From Amphiscolops sp. MND2022 (Eukaryota), in contig OZ076409.1 of the NCBI GenBank assembly GCA_964187785.1, forward strand, positions 93,746,001 to 93,810,000: DNA of 64,000 nt, in the 5' to 3' direction. Within the stretch, counting starts at the first letter, position 1. Each line of letters begins with the position of its first letter. The translations under genes were made by a program, and so were the position numbers. Of the stretch, positions 22,580 through 35,665 are shown in pieces. The notes below the pieces were generated by a model. It was given only the letters and a program-made list of their open reading frames with translations, searched no databases and was not told where the DNA came from.

Positions 22580-23350
22580 TCTGGAAAAAATATATAGTAA
22601 TTACTTATAGTCATTCCTTATAGTAATTACTTATAGTAAATATATAGTCTTTGATTTAAATTGAAGACTCCGTTTTTCCAGTCTGGACTCTTGAATAAAA
22701 AGTTCCGCCAGTTAAAATAATTGACCAGAAGTTACGTGGTGGCACTGCCATGTTTTATTTCTTTTTACTTGAATTCTTCAAAAACTTTCCGAAAAAGGGA
22801 TGGCGAATTCTCGAGATAACCTTAGACATGGAAAATTTCTAGGAAAGTTAATGATGAAGATCAACAAAACGGTTAACTTCGTTACTGAACGTTAAAAAAC
22901 TCAATTGAGATGTTAGTTCTAAAAAACATTGAGTTTTTCAATACTCGGTAACGAAGTTGTTAAAATTAAAAAGATATAAAGATGCAACTTCCTATTTTAG
23001 GATCATTCGAGTTTTGCGTGTTCTCATCCTGTGCTTTTATATAAATACATGCTTGAATATTATTCTGCACTAGATTTTTTTTCTTGTGTCTATATATTTT
23101 TTAGGAAATCAAAATTTTTATAAATTTTGTTATAATTTACAAAAGTTTCGACTGATGAAGATTTACAAACTTACAGAATAATTGAACTTGCAAAAAAATG
23201 AACCGCTCTCACGTTACGTTAAATAATTAAGTTTGAATCTCCCATTTATGAACAAATTCTGTATCCCAATACCCTCTTGAAACTAAATAAAGACAAAAAA
23301 GACTAAAAAACTAAAATATTTCCAAGTGATGAGAATGCAGTTTTGCTTAC

Positions 23351-23420
23351 CTGAAACTAAGAACAAGCAAAATAAAGCCAAGATTTACTGATTGAAACTG
23401 AAAAGAGAAATAGCGAGCTA
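23351..23420 (-). other. RSPH9: Probable non-coding 5' UTR exon of RSPH9 (5' boundary approximate)
   Basis: Strong donor CAG|GTAAGC at 23351/23350; acceptor ttttttccAG lies 1 nt before the ATG. Confidence 0.55.
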
Positions 23421-24442
23421 AGATGCACGTAAAATGGTTAAAAGTGCACGTGTGAAAACGGAGTCCACTGTGTACTATGTCAGTTTTTAACCATTGCGTG
23501 TGCTTTTATTTTGGATATGCTGAATGCTGCTCGGACCGATTTTTTCGTGTGTTTGGTTCAAGCATACGAGGCCAACGTGGCATTGAATACAAAAGAGACA
23601 CTTTATGATATGCTTTTAAACTCAACTGATATCTAATTATGATGTAATTTTCCAACGGAGCCCTTTTATCACCTGCCTTCGAGGAGCAGAATTCGGGAAA
23701 ATCTAATTCTACTAAAAATAATATTGATAAAAATCAAAACCGTTTCAGGACTTTTTTGCCCCAGCAGTAGACCTACCAAAATATTGAGAAATGATGATAA
23801 AGTATCAGTCAATTGGGTGAAAGTTTGTTGAGTTGGTTCTTTTCTCAAACCCTCTCCCACTCTAGTTGAAACAAATTTTGAATTCTATCAAATTTTCTTT
23901 GTAACAATTCCTGGATTATTCTATTTTACTCTACTAATAGTATTTTGTTGACTTTACATAATAGCATATAATCAGTTACTGAGTTAGTCTAATTTTAAAA
24001 CATTTTCACATGAATTTTTGCGTGTGAGGAAAAGGAAAAATTTCCTTAAAGTCATCGATATAGAGCTAAACAAGTGTTTTAAGGAAGTCTCCAAAACCTT
24101 GAAGGTAACCATCAACTTTTTTAAAGATTTCATCAAAGATCAATATACTTTGCACCACGGTTTTGCAGTTGTTGAATTCGTCATGTAGATTCGTACGACG
24201 TATGTTAACATACGTCGTACAAATCTACATGACGAAATGCAAAAACTGCAAAAAGAACTGGAATTTGGATACGGCTGGGCGTCGAACTCCAAAATAATGA
24301 TCGGAGATCTCTGCATTTCAAAAAGTAGCAATTACTGAATTTTTTACAGAACCATTTCTGAAGCGGAACTGTTATAGTAATGATGACATGCACCTGCGTT
24401 TCAATTCGTTTTATACTATTTGCATAATATTTCCCGTTTTCG

Positions 24443-24908
24443 TTTTTAGTCGGCGCTTTTATTAATAAAAGAGTCCGACTATTACAGTCACTCGTTTTTC
24501 AAGACAAACTCGAAGCGACGAAACTTTTGTTCAGTTTGTTCAGCTAAATGAATACCTGGGAAACACATCTAAGTTATTGGCAAGGGTACCCCCTTTCAGT
24601 TTTTACACGTAACATACATAACCGGACGAGACAAAAGACCCTTTCAATTTGTTTCAGCGCTGTGAGACTTTTTCCGAATTTTTTTTGTCTTCAAAGGGAT
24701 TTTATTGAAATTCCCTTTGAAACATTCGGGGTTAAGCGCTATATCCGAACATTTGACGTTATAGCCGAACTATATTCCGTTTCAGTAAGGAGGAGGCGGA
24801 GGTCTGAAAACAGGAGTTTTTCATGAAAACGTCCTACGGTTTGTTTTAATCAAATCTGCGTCTTTTGAGCCTCAGATATAGCGCCGACTTTAGACGTTTT
24901 CGTCTTGT
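24443..24908 (+). mobile_element. DINE-1/HINE-like family 1 copy
   Basis: TTTTTAGTCGGCGC + local inverted repeat ... GCGCCGACT-ttAGACGttttCGTCT-TGTT. Confidence 0.8.
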
Positions 24909-25288
24909 TTTTTCACACTCCTGCCTTTCTGTGCAAAGCCCGACGGATTGGTGCTGTGACATCATATTATCCATTTAGATATTTTAGGGCCAGTCAAAAT
25001 GAAAATGCGGACGCGGGAAGAGGTTCTGTTAAAGCTGAAGGTTCAACAGAATACCTTAAGTACTGCTTTACGCACAAAAGGCGAAAATTGTTCTAAAAAT
25101 ACTATCACGTGTAAGACCTAGCATGAAAGATTCTATTGCTATTTAAGGTGGATCAATCTTCAAAATGCAAGAATCAATTTCAATTCTTTTGCTTGAATTC
25201 TCGCCCTTGTTGAAACTGCTTGAAACTTTTACATGACTTTATATGCTCCGCGGACGTCATGCTAGATCCATTTAACGTACCTTATTGA

Positions 25289-26876
25289 AGGGGTGTTCAA
25301 TAAATAATTATGGGTAAAAATAATTAAAATAAATAGAATAAAATATTTATTTTTACACTTGAATGAATGTGGAAATTTTAGCTTTTGACGTCTTCAAAAA
25401 TGTCCATTGCTTTTGTGCGAAGCACATACGATAGACAGAACTAGGTTGATAAGGTTTTTAAACCGTCGGAATAGTGAAAACAGCTGAAAAAACTGACTAG
25501 AGCATGTTTTGTTACGGCTCAATTGGCAAACTCGGTGTTTACTTAATTGGACGATACTTCTCGCCACTTAAATACAAAGTAGAATGGACGTCAACAATGA
25601 AATGATCCGAATTCCATAAGTCAGAATAGAGCGAACTTTACTACGTTTTTCCTCTGCGCGAAAACGAGAGGCATGTAAAAAACAGCACCCAATACCTAAG
25701 CTGTTATGCTACGCGCCCAATAAAACGGAACCGAGCCGTGACCCCCAGCCCCGGACTATTAGCAGCGGAAAACACCTAGGTCGACCCCACTATGAACTTA
25801 AATTATCATTGAAAAGTGAACTTTGTACAACTTATGTTGAATTCTTCGTCGTTGGCGGCAAAGAATGTTTAGGCGAAGTGTAACCAGTGGCGTCGATATG
25901 CCATATAAGGGCTAGGTAAACATGACGGTAAAAGCATGCAAACTTAAGGTGCCGATGCCCAACAACGAAAAAACCAAATATGATGAAACGTGATGAAAAC
26001 ACTCAAAACACGTGCGATGAACAACGCAAGACACAATTGAGGCGGTATTGGAACATACTGAATAGACACAATCGAGTTAGAGAGCTAGAAATCAATTGAG
26101 CCTCGGGACGGGGGCAAGCGATTCGAACTAGCTGGAGTAACTGGTCATCGGTAACTCCGGGAGTCAGTGACAGAAATGGTACAAGTCAGGGTCTTGACGA
26201 TTGTTTGATTCAGTTGGCTGGATCGTGAAATATATTTACTGAGTAATCAATTGGAAGATTGTCTTTCTTTATCGTGTTCTGTGATTTTATATTGATTTCT
26301 TAACTCGATTATCCAAACACACCGTCTCATTGTGAATATAGAGCCGATAGAGCAATTTGGAAAGAAACTAGTGTCAAGCTAATCCTATGAGCAGAAGCAA
26401 GAACTCACCATATAAAAAACCATTTCTAATAGAGTTAGATCATTGGGAAATCTCTCCAGTCCTCGTTATCTGAAATTTCTACAATGAATAAAAATAATTA
26501 TTTTTGGACCTGTCAAAATAAAAATGTTTATTTTTGACATAACTAAAACTAAGAGCGTTTAATTCAACATATCGTCGGCCAATTAAATTCGAAAATACAG
26601 AAATCCTGAGCTTATTTCTAGAAATACCTTCGTCAAGTACCTTGGGCTACTGACGCAAAAGGTCGAAGCGTCCATTAAAAAAACTCTGTCGCCGCGTTTT
26701 GGCCTGATTATGGATAGCTAATTTAAGTTTTGGTTGATTTTCCGTTTTTCGTTGAGAATAAAAATATTGTTTCCTGCAAAAAAATAATAATTCTATTTAT
26801 TTTTTCCACGGTGAAAATAAAATAATTTGTTTTTTTTTGCAATAATAATGTTCGAATAAAATATTGAACACCCCTG
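25289..26876 (+). mobile_element. hAT-type transposon relic with a short transposase fragment (26587-26721)
   Basis: TIR AGGGGTGTTCAATA / TATTGAACACCCCTG; 8-mer AACGTACC at 26877 and at 25274 (offset from the left TIR); fragment IRKYRNPELISRNTFVKYLGLLTQKVEASIKKTLSPRFGLIMDS*. Confidence 0.65.
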
Positions 26877-27347
26877 AACGTACCCGTAGTACATCCTTTC
26901 TGTTCATTCTGTCATAAGCAGCTTTCGCTGCTATTTTATATCCGTGAGATTATCCTATAATCTTTAACTATGAATCTGCATTTTACGGTATTTATCAGTT
27001 TAATCATTGTCCATTGTCAATTGATGAACATTTTTTCATGAGTATTCAAAGTTTCCATGATGTATGTTATTCAAATTGTAATTTTAAATTCTACGGAGCA
27101 AGGTCAAATCATAAAACAAGTATAAAAGTCAAGGCTGATATGATTTCGACCCGCTGGAATATGCAATTTTTGTTCTTAGTGGAACCTTTTTCATTCCCGG
27201 TCAAGTAGATTTTCGTGGCTTCGCGGCACCCCGTCTTTCAAGTTCGTAACTTCTACTAACATTATGAGACAATTTTGTAAACAATACTGATTACATGTAA
27301 TATACTGGATACCTGTAATATACTGGATACCTGTAATATACTGGATA

Positions 27348-28065
27348 CCCGTAATGAGATCCATCGCAGTTCATCGATGGCCATCGCAGTCCCATGGGGC
27401 CCATCGATGGACCATTGATGGACCATCGATGACCGACCCATCGTTAGGAATGGAAATTTTGGATCACAAAAACTCGTTCGACTTGGCCATAATCAAAATT
27501 TCAACAAAACTTTCGCCATCTAAGTTTTTCAGTCTATTTAAGTTTTGTTTGGGATTTCGAGGATGCCCAAATATTTTAATGGGAAATGAAGTTATACATA
27601 GTTATCCATATTCTTTATCTTTGTGAAAAACTGGATTCTGTTGATTTTCCAAGGAAAAAACGCCAAATTTTTTGATACAAAAACGTATTTTAAGAGTCAA
27701 ATGTCTGCTTATTTCAGAAATTTTTTCTCAGCAATGGGAGCTTGATTCCGTCGCATTTTCATACGTATAACTGCACTTTTGCCAGGTTTTTCTCCTTTTT
27801 TTCAAACAATTCAAGGGTAAGGCTCCGAAATAAGTGATTTTCAGGCTCGAGAGAGCTTACTCAGGCTCAAAATGAAATGAGAGTAGGTTAAAATTAGATA
27901 TATTTAACCCGAAAATGCTCCACAAGTGCCCCCATGCGCTTGGCGATAATTCAAATCCCATCGATAGCCATCGATGGTCCATCGATGCCCATCGGAAAAA
28001 GTTGCGATGGCCATCGATGGGCCATCGATGCCCATCGATGGGATTGAATGAAGTCTCAGTACGGG
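27348..28065. mobile_element. EnSpm-like CCATCGATGG MITE (inverted relative to 6442-7213)
   Basis: TIR CCCGTAATGAGA / TCTCAGTACGGG, TA/TA flanks, shared interior. Confidence 0.85.
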
Positions 28066-29154
28066 TAACCACTTTCTGAGTCCAAATAAAGAGCGGATCA
28101 CCTTGTTCAAGATGCCCATCATTAACTAATTATACTAAAAAAGTGAACTCCCTAATGTTTACTTGTAAAAGAGTATCACAAATCGGTCTTAGTTCTATAC
28201 CCAATCAATATGAACTTGCCGGAATTTATCATCGGAGCATGTCAATTTTCTTCGGACGTGCAATCAATGGACAATGACTGACATGAAGATACATCATTGG
28301 AACCCATTTTAAAACGTTTCATAATTGAACAAAAATCAAACACACAAGTACAAACCAAATACTAATTCTTTTAAATATGTAGACGTTATACGCCAATTTC
28401 TGCAATATTTGTCATAGAAGTTCCAAACAAACACAAATCTAAAATAAATTTGAATTACAAAAACTTGCATCGAGGGCATTTCTCCTGATAATCAATAGTT
28501 CCAGTGACTTTAGCAGAAATGTTTCAAATACTAATTTCAATTAGGTGTTCAATTCTTTCATCGCGGGACTGTGAAAAGGGCTTAGCTCTGTTCTAATCAA
28601 GAACAACTGGTTCTAATTCGTAAATACGCTCCGTACAAAGCCGTAAGTCGAGGAGACGACTGAAGCGTTCGATTGAACTCGCTTCTTTGCTTTGTTTTTG
28701 CTCCAAAAAGCTTGTTCTTCTATCAGCAGGCAGTGTACAAGTGTGGAAATGTTAAGTTTTCGCGTTTTGATAAAATTCCCATCGTTTTGAGCGAGGGGCA
28801 AACAATAGACGGAGCTATGTTGACTACGCTTCTAAATAGTCAGATTAGTAAAAGCAGCTGAACAGGCTGGTTAAATCATGTTTTGGTAAAACCTATTCGG
28901 CAAACTTGGCGTTTACACAGTGTACGACACTTTTCACAATCTAAATTAATATTAAAAATGACATTATCAATGTAATTGTTCGAATCGGCCAAGTCAGAGT
29001 TGATCTCTGAGAGCAAATTTTGCCAAGTTTCAATTCTGAGCAAAAATATTCTGAGACTCGATCTTCGAAACCAGAGGGTGACCAAGTCAAGAAACCCACC
29101 ACCATTTGGTTTTTGTCGAAGACTATTAATCGTAGAGACCTGAAAGTTGTCACA

Positions 29155-30870
29155 CATATACCTGAGCTGTTATGCTACTTGTTAATAAAAAGCGAACCAC
29201 CCTGGCCCTGGGCTATTAGCACCGGGAGTGACGCTGGTCCCCTACGAAAACGTCGGCCAAGCAAGGAAAAAGTCAAATAAAAAATATGGAAGCGATAGCC
29301 CACAAAAATTTTAAGCCGATCGCGTATATTTTCGGAACCCTACGACGCGCGAAGGTGGAGCACGTACCCCATGTAAACAAAACCCGAGCATTATGTAAAT
29401 CGTCGCCAGATGACGCGAGGGTCATGAAACGTGCCTAAGATGTTCACCTACCAACATTAAGTAACTTTCATGGAAGATACGTTAATCGACCCATGGAGCA
29501 CGGAGCATTGTTTGGTTAAGGCACGCGGGACCGGACCGATGAAAGACATTTGACCTTGGCTTGTAATGCCTCAAACGAACCTCAATAACGAGTGTAGTCG
29601 ATTACTATCGTGAATGAAACCGTATTTGTAACCCATGCGGGAGTAACCGCCTTAAGTAAACGAACCATACGCATCTCATGAAACTAGGGAACCATTGACC
29701 CTAGAACTATATGACTAGGCATGTAGCAACTTTGGATGAAGACAAATAACTTCGAGGCCAATGACGAAACTCAACATTACAGTGCACAGGCAAGCTTTTT
29801 GCTGCTTTTCGTGGAATCCGGGACACGAAAATTTCGCTGCTTGTCCGTGGAATGCTTGTTTGTGGAATCCGGGACAAATGACGTAATTTGCCAATTTTGC
29901 ACGGTTAAAGGTATGGTCGTGGAATCCGAGATATTGAAAGCACTATGTTGCGCTTTGAGCAAATAAGGCTTGCCTGTGCACTCTAATGAAGATCATCTCA
30001 AGGGGTGACCCTTGAATACAAGGGAAGCGTGGTTAGAACATGTGAATCACTGTCTTGGCACAATAAATTATGCAATTCAGTCAGGCGAGAAACTTCGCAA
30101 TGCACCGAATTTAGAGTGATAGAAAAGTACCTCACACACGTAGAAAGCATGCAAACCATGAAATTGAAGGTCATCGTGCGATTCCCTTGTCACTGGAAAA
30201 TCTTGGTCGACTTAAATTATCTTAGAATGACGTCGGACATGATGCTGACTTGGCGGCAACGAATGTTTAGTTGAAGTACAATTAGAAGCGATGGCCATGC
30301 CTCAGAAAAAATAGGTAAACATGAAGGTAAAAGAATGCAAACTAAAGGTGCCGACGCCGAGACGAGTTTGAGAAAAAGTGAAAATGTAACCACCCGAAAC
30401 ACGCGCGATGAATAAATATAATTAGGGAGGATTGGAAATATAATGGAATTGACACAACTGAGTTAGAGGGGTTCAAGCAACTTGTGCCTCGGGACGGGGC
30501 CAAGAACTTTGCCTTAGCAAAAAGAACTGGTCTGTCGAAAGCACCGGGAGCTAGAGATTTAGTTTCTACAAGTGCGTAACTTGTTTTGCGTTTCCGCACA
30601 GTTGGCTGAATCGCGGATAGTTGTTACTCAGTGATTTTTGTTAAAGAACCAGATTTGACCTTTTTTATAAAATGTAACTCGAATATTACTTCAACTTTCT
30701 TAGTCTTTTTGAGAGAGCTGAAGAACTTGAGCACTGGGAGAGATTTTGCGTACACAATAGAAAGAGCGAACTTACTCACCAAAATCCTGGTGATAGAGGT
30801 TAAAATCTTTGGATAGATAGCTAAAATCTTTGGAATTTCTCTCCGCCCTTGCGTTATAATTTTTCTACAA
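29155..30870. repeat. Decayed dispersed repeat of unknown class, homologous to 25690-26490
   Basis: Colinear shared blocks: gctgttatgctac, gaatgtttag, taggtaaacatga.ggtaaaag.atgcaaact.aaggtgccga.gcc, gcctcgggacgggg.caag, cagttggctg.atcg. Confidence 0.65.
29775..29988. mobile_element. Short copy of the CATTA-terminus MITE
   Basis: Same TIRs as 8798-9729; 2-bp flanks AA/AA. Confidence 0.85.
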
Positions 30871-31857
30871 CAAGGGATAAGAACGGACCGAAACGAAAGA
30901 AAAAACGTTCGTTCTCAGTTAGAAGCTGTAACAAAGATAAAACTTATGGCGTTTTTCAACTGCTAGTTACAAGAATGGGAGGATCATCAGAGGACAGGGT
31001 TTTTTTGCACACGACAGGCGCCCATTGGCCCATTTGTTCACTAGAGTCAAATACGACTCGTGGACAGCGAACGGTCTTCGTCCTGTACTGATACGGGCAT
31101 TTTGCTTGCCTTTCAGAATGGTCGTTCTAATAGTGCTTGGGAACCATGCCGAGGCAGAAGCAAGCTCAGTTTCTTTTTCCAGGGTAACATGAAGTCAGAC
31201 CCTAATTTAAACAGATAGCTCACGAGCTAGAACCAACACATGTTACGTTGAAAAAAATTCAAATGGCAGTTCACTCGACTAATATGAAGTGGCTACAAGC
31301 ACCGATAATGAAACATTACGCAACATGGTTCATAGTATGGTATCTGCTACTTTAGGCAGCGAACTGCTAAATCTACGCGAAAAATACATTAAAGAAACAC
31401 AATCAGGAGACATCAGCACCTGCTAGAAGAGTCAAAGGCAACGTTCCAGTTTGTGACAATGCGTTAACGCATGTTCTCACCGGTTCGATAGTTTTCTCTG
31501 TGTTCTGCTTCTTCTTATGCGGTGGAAGTTTGCGGGTTTATGCGGACGTGACTTTTGCTTCTTGGAATTTTCCACTTTCCGTTGTCAGTTTATGACAGGT
31601 TAGACGGTGATGTTGCATTTCATTTTCATGTTAAAGAACTTTTTGACTTTTTGTAAGAGTTCCATTGATGAATTTTTTTGCAGTTGTCCTTCTATAAGAA
31701 ATTTACATATGTTGTAAATCTCTCAACACAATGAAGCCGCATGAGATGGAACATAAAAGAAATAAGGACCTTCTAAATACTCTCAAACCACCTCCTGAAA
31801 AATCAAATTCCACGCCAAAATCACGGCAATGACAATTTTAGTCAAAATTGTTTCTAA

Positions 31858-32403
31858 TCATTTGATTTTATTCAGATAAAACATCCACACAGTGTCACGA
31901 ACCCAATCAGAGGCCCTTCTGAGTCTTCTAGTTTTGTAGAAAGGCCGAGAAATCTTGGGTAGAAGAATGAACTCCCCGAATGTTTTAAATCTTCGACTGA
32001 AAGTTAGTATATATTGGTCAACTCTGTGTGAGGTCTGAGTCATGACGATGTGTTGGCCCAGACTCTGGGGCAACTCGTAAATGTCTTCTCGTTGGGAAGA
32101 TGGACCAGATTCAGTCAAATCAGATTCAACCACTTTAGTATTTGCGGTTGGAGGAGTTTTGTCTGACAAAGAGTCACTTTTAGACGACAAGTTTTCAATC
32201 ATCCTTAATATCTCCCTCTGTCAAATTTCAGTATCCTTGATCCGACGACAAACAGATTTCTCTATTTTCTCAGACAATTCCGAAAAGTCTTTAACAGATA
32301 TGCTGGGGAAGTTTTCTGTCCTTAAACTGGACGTCTCGGGTTCGCCTATGGAACTAGACACCGAATCTCTCCTGGCTTTCCTTTTCGAAGATCTTTCAGG
32401 CAT
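31858..32403 (-). pseudogene. Decayed ORF, possibly a retrotransposon gag N-terminus
   Basis: MPERSSKRKARRDS...KDTEI* continues in the same frame into MIENLSSKSD...; basic N-terminus plus coiled-coil-like segment; no diagnostic motif. Confidence 0.35.
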
Positions 32404-33955
32404 TCTTGGATTTTGAATCTTGCAGACTTATACTATTAAGAATAGAAGAAGTTGAAGAATTCAAAGTTTATTGATTTCAAAGGCGAAAAAAAACAAAGTT
32501 GTTTTCAAAAGCGATTAACAAATTTTCAATTGAAATTATCCGAATTTTACAGATATATATGTATATACTTTCCGCAAGCTAGTGAGCGGGAAAATCCACC
32601 ACGTATTCACGCTTCATTCAGCCCGGCGTCCTTCCGAGGCGAGGAAACCGGAAGTTCAGTTCCGCTTTGTCGAACTCAGACTCTCAGTTTGTTCATGCTT
32701 CCCGGGGAAAGCACGCGTCCACTTCCTGTCTTAGTTGCGACTCCACTTCCCTTCGCCTCCAATCCCCGCCTTTTTGGGACGCCGAAGCTGAATTCAGCGA
32801 CAAAATGTACAATGACTCAGAAAGTTGCCTTCAAAAGAATAGGAAAAATAGCAACCATACAATAATGATTTTTTATGGAGCTTGAAAATCTCCCAAATTA
32901 ATCGAATTAAATACTGCTTCGATCGATGATCACATTAACAATATGCAAAAAGTATTTGTAAATCCCTTCAGGGGACATGAAAATGCTAATTAATCAGAAT
33001 GGGGAAAAATCCAAATCCCAGGCGGTGGTCTGGGACGATTTGGATGAGACGAAGAATATTCCATGAACGAAAATTGTATAGCAACGAAACAAAGATTTAC
33101 ATGAAAGTAAGTCATCCCGGGGACACTATTCGGGAGGCTAATTAAACTGGTTACAAGAGAATTTGCTTGGAAGAAATAATGCGGCACAGTTTAAGAGTTT
33201 TAGTCTCACGCCGGGGTCTGCGCCATGGTTTCATATTATCAGAAGATTTAACATAGTTGCATGAGAAAATTATCACAAATAGCACACAATCAATCATTAT
33301 TGTTTGCAATTACATATATCAGGTCGTGGTTTCATTGAGAGAATGTAAAATTAACTGTAGCATCATTATTTTCATTTCCAGAGTGCGTTCCGACAATTTT
33401 CATCTCAGGCTGCGTCCTGGGCCGCAGTCTCATATTTTCATCAACCGTATTTAATTTACATGAATAATCAGCACAGTACATTTTTTCGGCTGTCAAATAA
33501 CGTTTTAACCATGGTTATTAATCGAATACACTCATTGGGAGGGAAAACATTAACATAAACATCAACACTTTCCGTTTCTACAATGGATTTTATAAACTTT
33601 CATCCCAGGCCGTGTCCTGGGCCGCGGTATATTGGTATTTCAACTTTAGCACACGCGTTCATTTATATAGTTAGTTACATGTATAGCACCTTTACTAATC
33701 GTTCATCCAACACTAATCCTGTTACATGTATTCATTTTCAGCACGTTTAGGCATTGGTTTGCTGAGCTTGCATTTATCAGACCGCCTGCCAGGCCACTTC
33801 TTTATCGGAAATATTTGAGGCCGGCTCCGAGGCCGCGGTTCCGCCGTTAATACTTCGGGCCGCTATATACGCGGTGTTGTTCGATTGTTATTATTTATAT
33901 AGCACCAAACTAGTATTATTAACTGCACTAACAGCTCCATAATGGTTGGTACACT

Positions 33956-34155
33956 NNNNNNNNNNNNNNNNNNNNNNNNNNNNNNNNNNNNNNNNNNNNN
34001 NNNNNNNNNNNNNNNNNNNNNNNNNNNNNNNNNNNNNNNNNNNNNNNNNNNNNNNNNNNNNNNNNNNNNNNNNNNNNNNNNNNNNNNNNNNNNNNNNNNN
34101 NNNNNNNNNNNNNNNNNNNNNNNNNNNNNNNNNNNNNNNNNNNNNNNNNNNNNNN
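33956..34155. other. Assembly gap (200 N)
   Basis: Run of exactly 200 N. Confidence 1.
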
Positions 34156-34849
34156 AGTAATCAGTCAAGGCTTTCACCCAGTTACGGCTCTATTATTCAA
34201 TACTGAGATGATCCTGTCATAATTTAGTACAACATTAGATTGTGTTTTGAACAAAACCATCAACGGCATACATAGTGGACAGCCAGGACGGTCAGTCCAA
34301 TCTGGCTTCATTTGAAATGTATGAAGTAGTAGTGATATATAATTTCGTTAACCCATGGAATCAGTGTCGAAATACACTCTTTTACGTAGTGTCTAAGCGA
34401 ACAGCTTGTACGACTTCTTGCACTTCAGCTTTTAATTATGGAGCTACAAGGATTCATTCGGACAAGTTGGACGGCTGTCCTAACTGTCATATTTGCATGC
34501 ACATATATTCAGAAACTTGCATATAGTTTAATACATGTACTCTATTGTTGCTGTTACTATTTCGTTCAAGAAGCCTCTAGTGGCCACGTAAACTTTTATA
34601 GCCGCTAGGTTCTATTTTTAGAACACTTGATACGTAACGGAGCTATTTATAGACTAGTGTGATCCTATTTATAGTAACGTGATGCCCATATTTTTGCTAG
34701 TCATGGTAACTTGGGTATGTATATGCCCAGATTGGCCCTCTGACACATCATTGTTGTTACAAGATACGATACATACTACTTGTTCTAGTACAAAAGCTGT
34801 TAAACTGATTGCTAGAGTAATTCAAATATTTCCTCTAGCACAAACATTT

Positions 34850-35665
34850 ATGCTTTCTAGAAGGAGACAGAGAGCAAAAGCAAAGAAATCTACAGAAATG
34901 GGGATGATGTCTGATTTTGACAACAAGTACGTAACGATTGGAAATGAAAATATTAATCCCAATAAATGGGAATTAGCAAATACAATTGAAGGATCAACAA
35001 GACGCCCGCTAAGCAACGGGATATTTTCCGCGACACTCTTATTGCAAAAAAGTATGGCAAAGAAGAGGATCGAACCCACAACCTACAAGCTGGGAAACAC
35101 GAAAAAATTTCAAGCACCAGCCCGGGTTCGAACCTACGACCTACTGGCTGGGAGAGCAAAAAGTGAGGTGCACTTCACTCGATGGAGTTGAGATAAAGTT
35201 GAGTTTTGGCAGAAATTGTAAAACAAAACGCGTCACAGATCATGATTTTCCTCCCCCAATTATGTGGGCGGAAAATAACAAGTCATTATGATATTGAGTC
35301 CATTTCTCACCCTAAGGGAAATTCTTCCCAAGAGAATTTTGGTCACGAAAATACAATCCCTAGGCATGGCAGGTTCCTTGAATCGATAGAAACGTTCACA
35401 AAGGAAAATAACTTGAGGTTTTCACACGAAAGGAACTCCATGATGCATCCCAAATCAACAGAGCAATAAACTCTGCGATAGCTGAAACAGAGATCCAAAA
35501 TATAGTGAGTTCGCTGTCTTCAGGAAATAGGGACATTGAATCCGGTTCGCCATTGAACAATCAGGAAAACAATGATGGAACAACTGGGTTTGAAACTAAA
35601 ATTACAAAAAAGGACTGTAGGTCTGCCTTTAATCCGAGAGACACGAAGGACCTTACACCTTACAG
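34850..35665 (+). pseudogene. Decayed ORF, possibly a retrotransposon gag N-terminus, split by a HINE-like family 2 insertion
   Basis: MLSRRRQRAKAKKSTEMGMMSDFDN...IEGST rejoins SHYDIES... in frame when 34997-35277 is removed. Confidence 0.4.
34997..35277 (-). mobile_element. HINE-like family 2 element with tRNA-derived segments
   Basis: acaag end, subterminal inverted pair ATTTTCCGC / GCGGAAAAT, internal GGTTCGAACC B-box. Confidence 0.7.

Noticed and set aside
33863..34206. ORFs spanning X runs
   Set aside because: Artefacts of the N gap
34690..34716. Possible SK exon beginning (H)YHD
   Set aside because: In-frame TAG follows immediately
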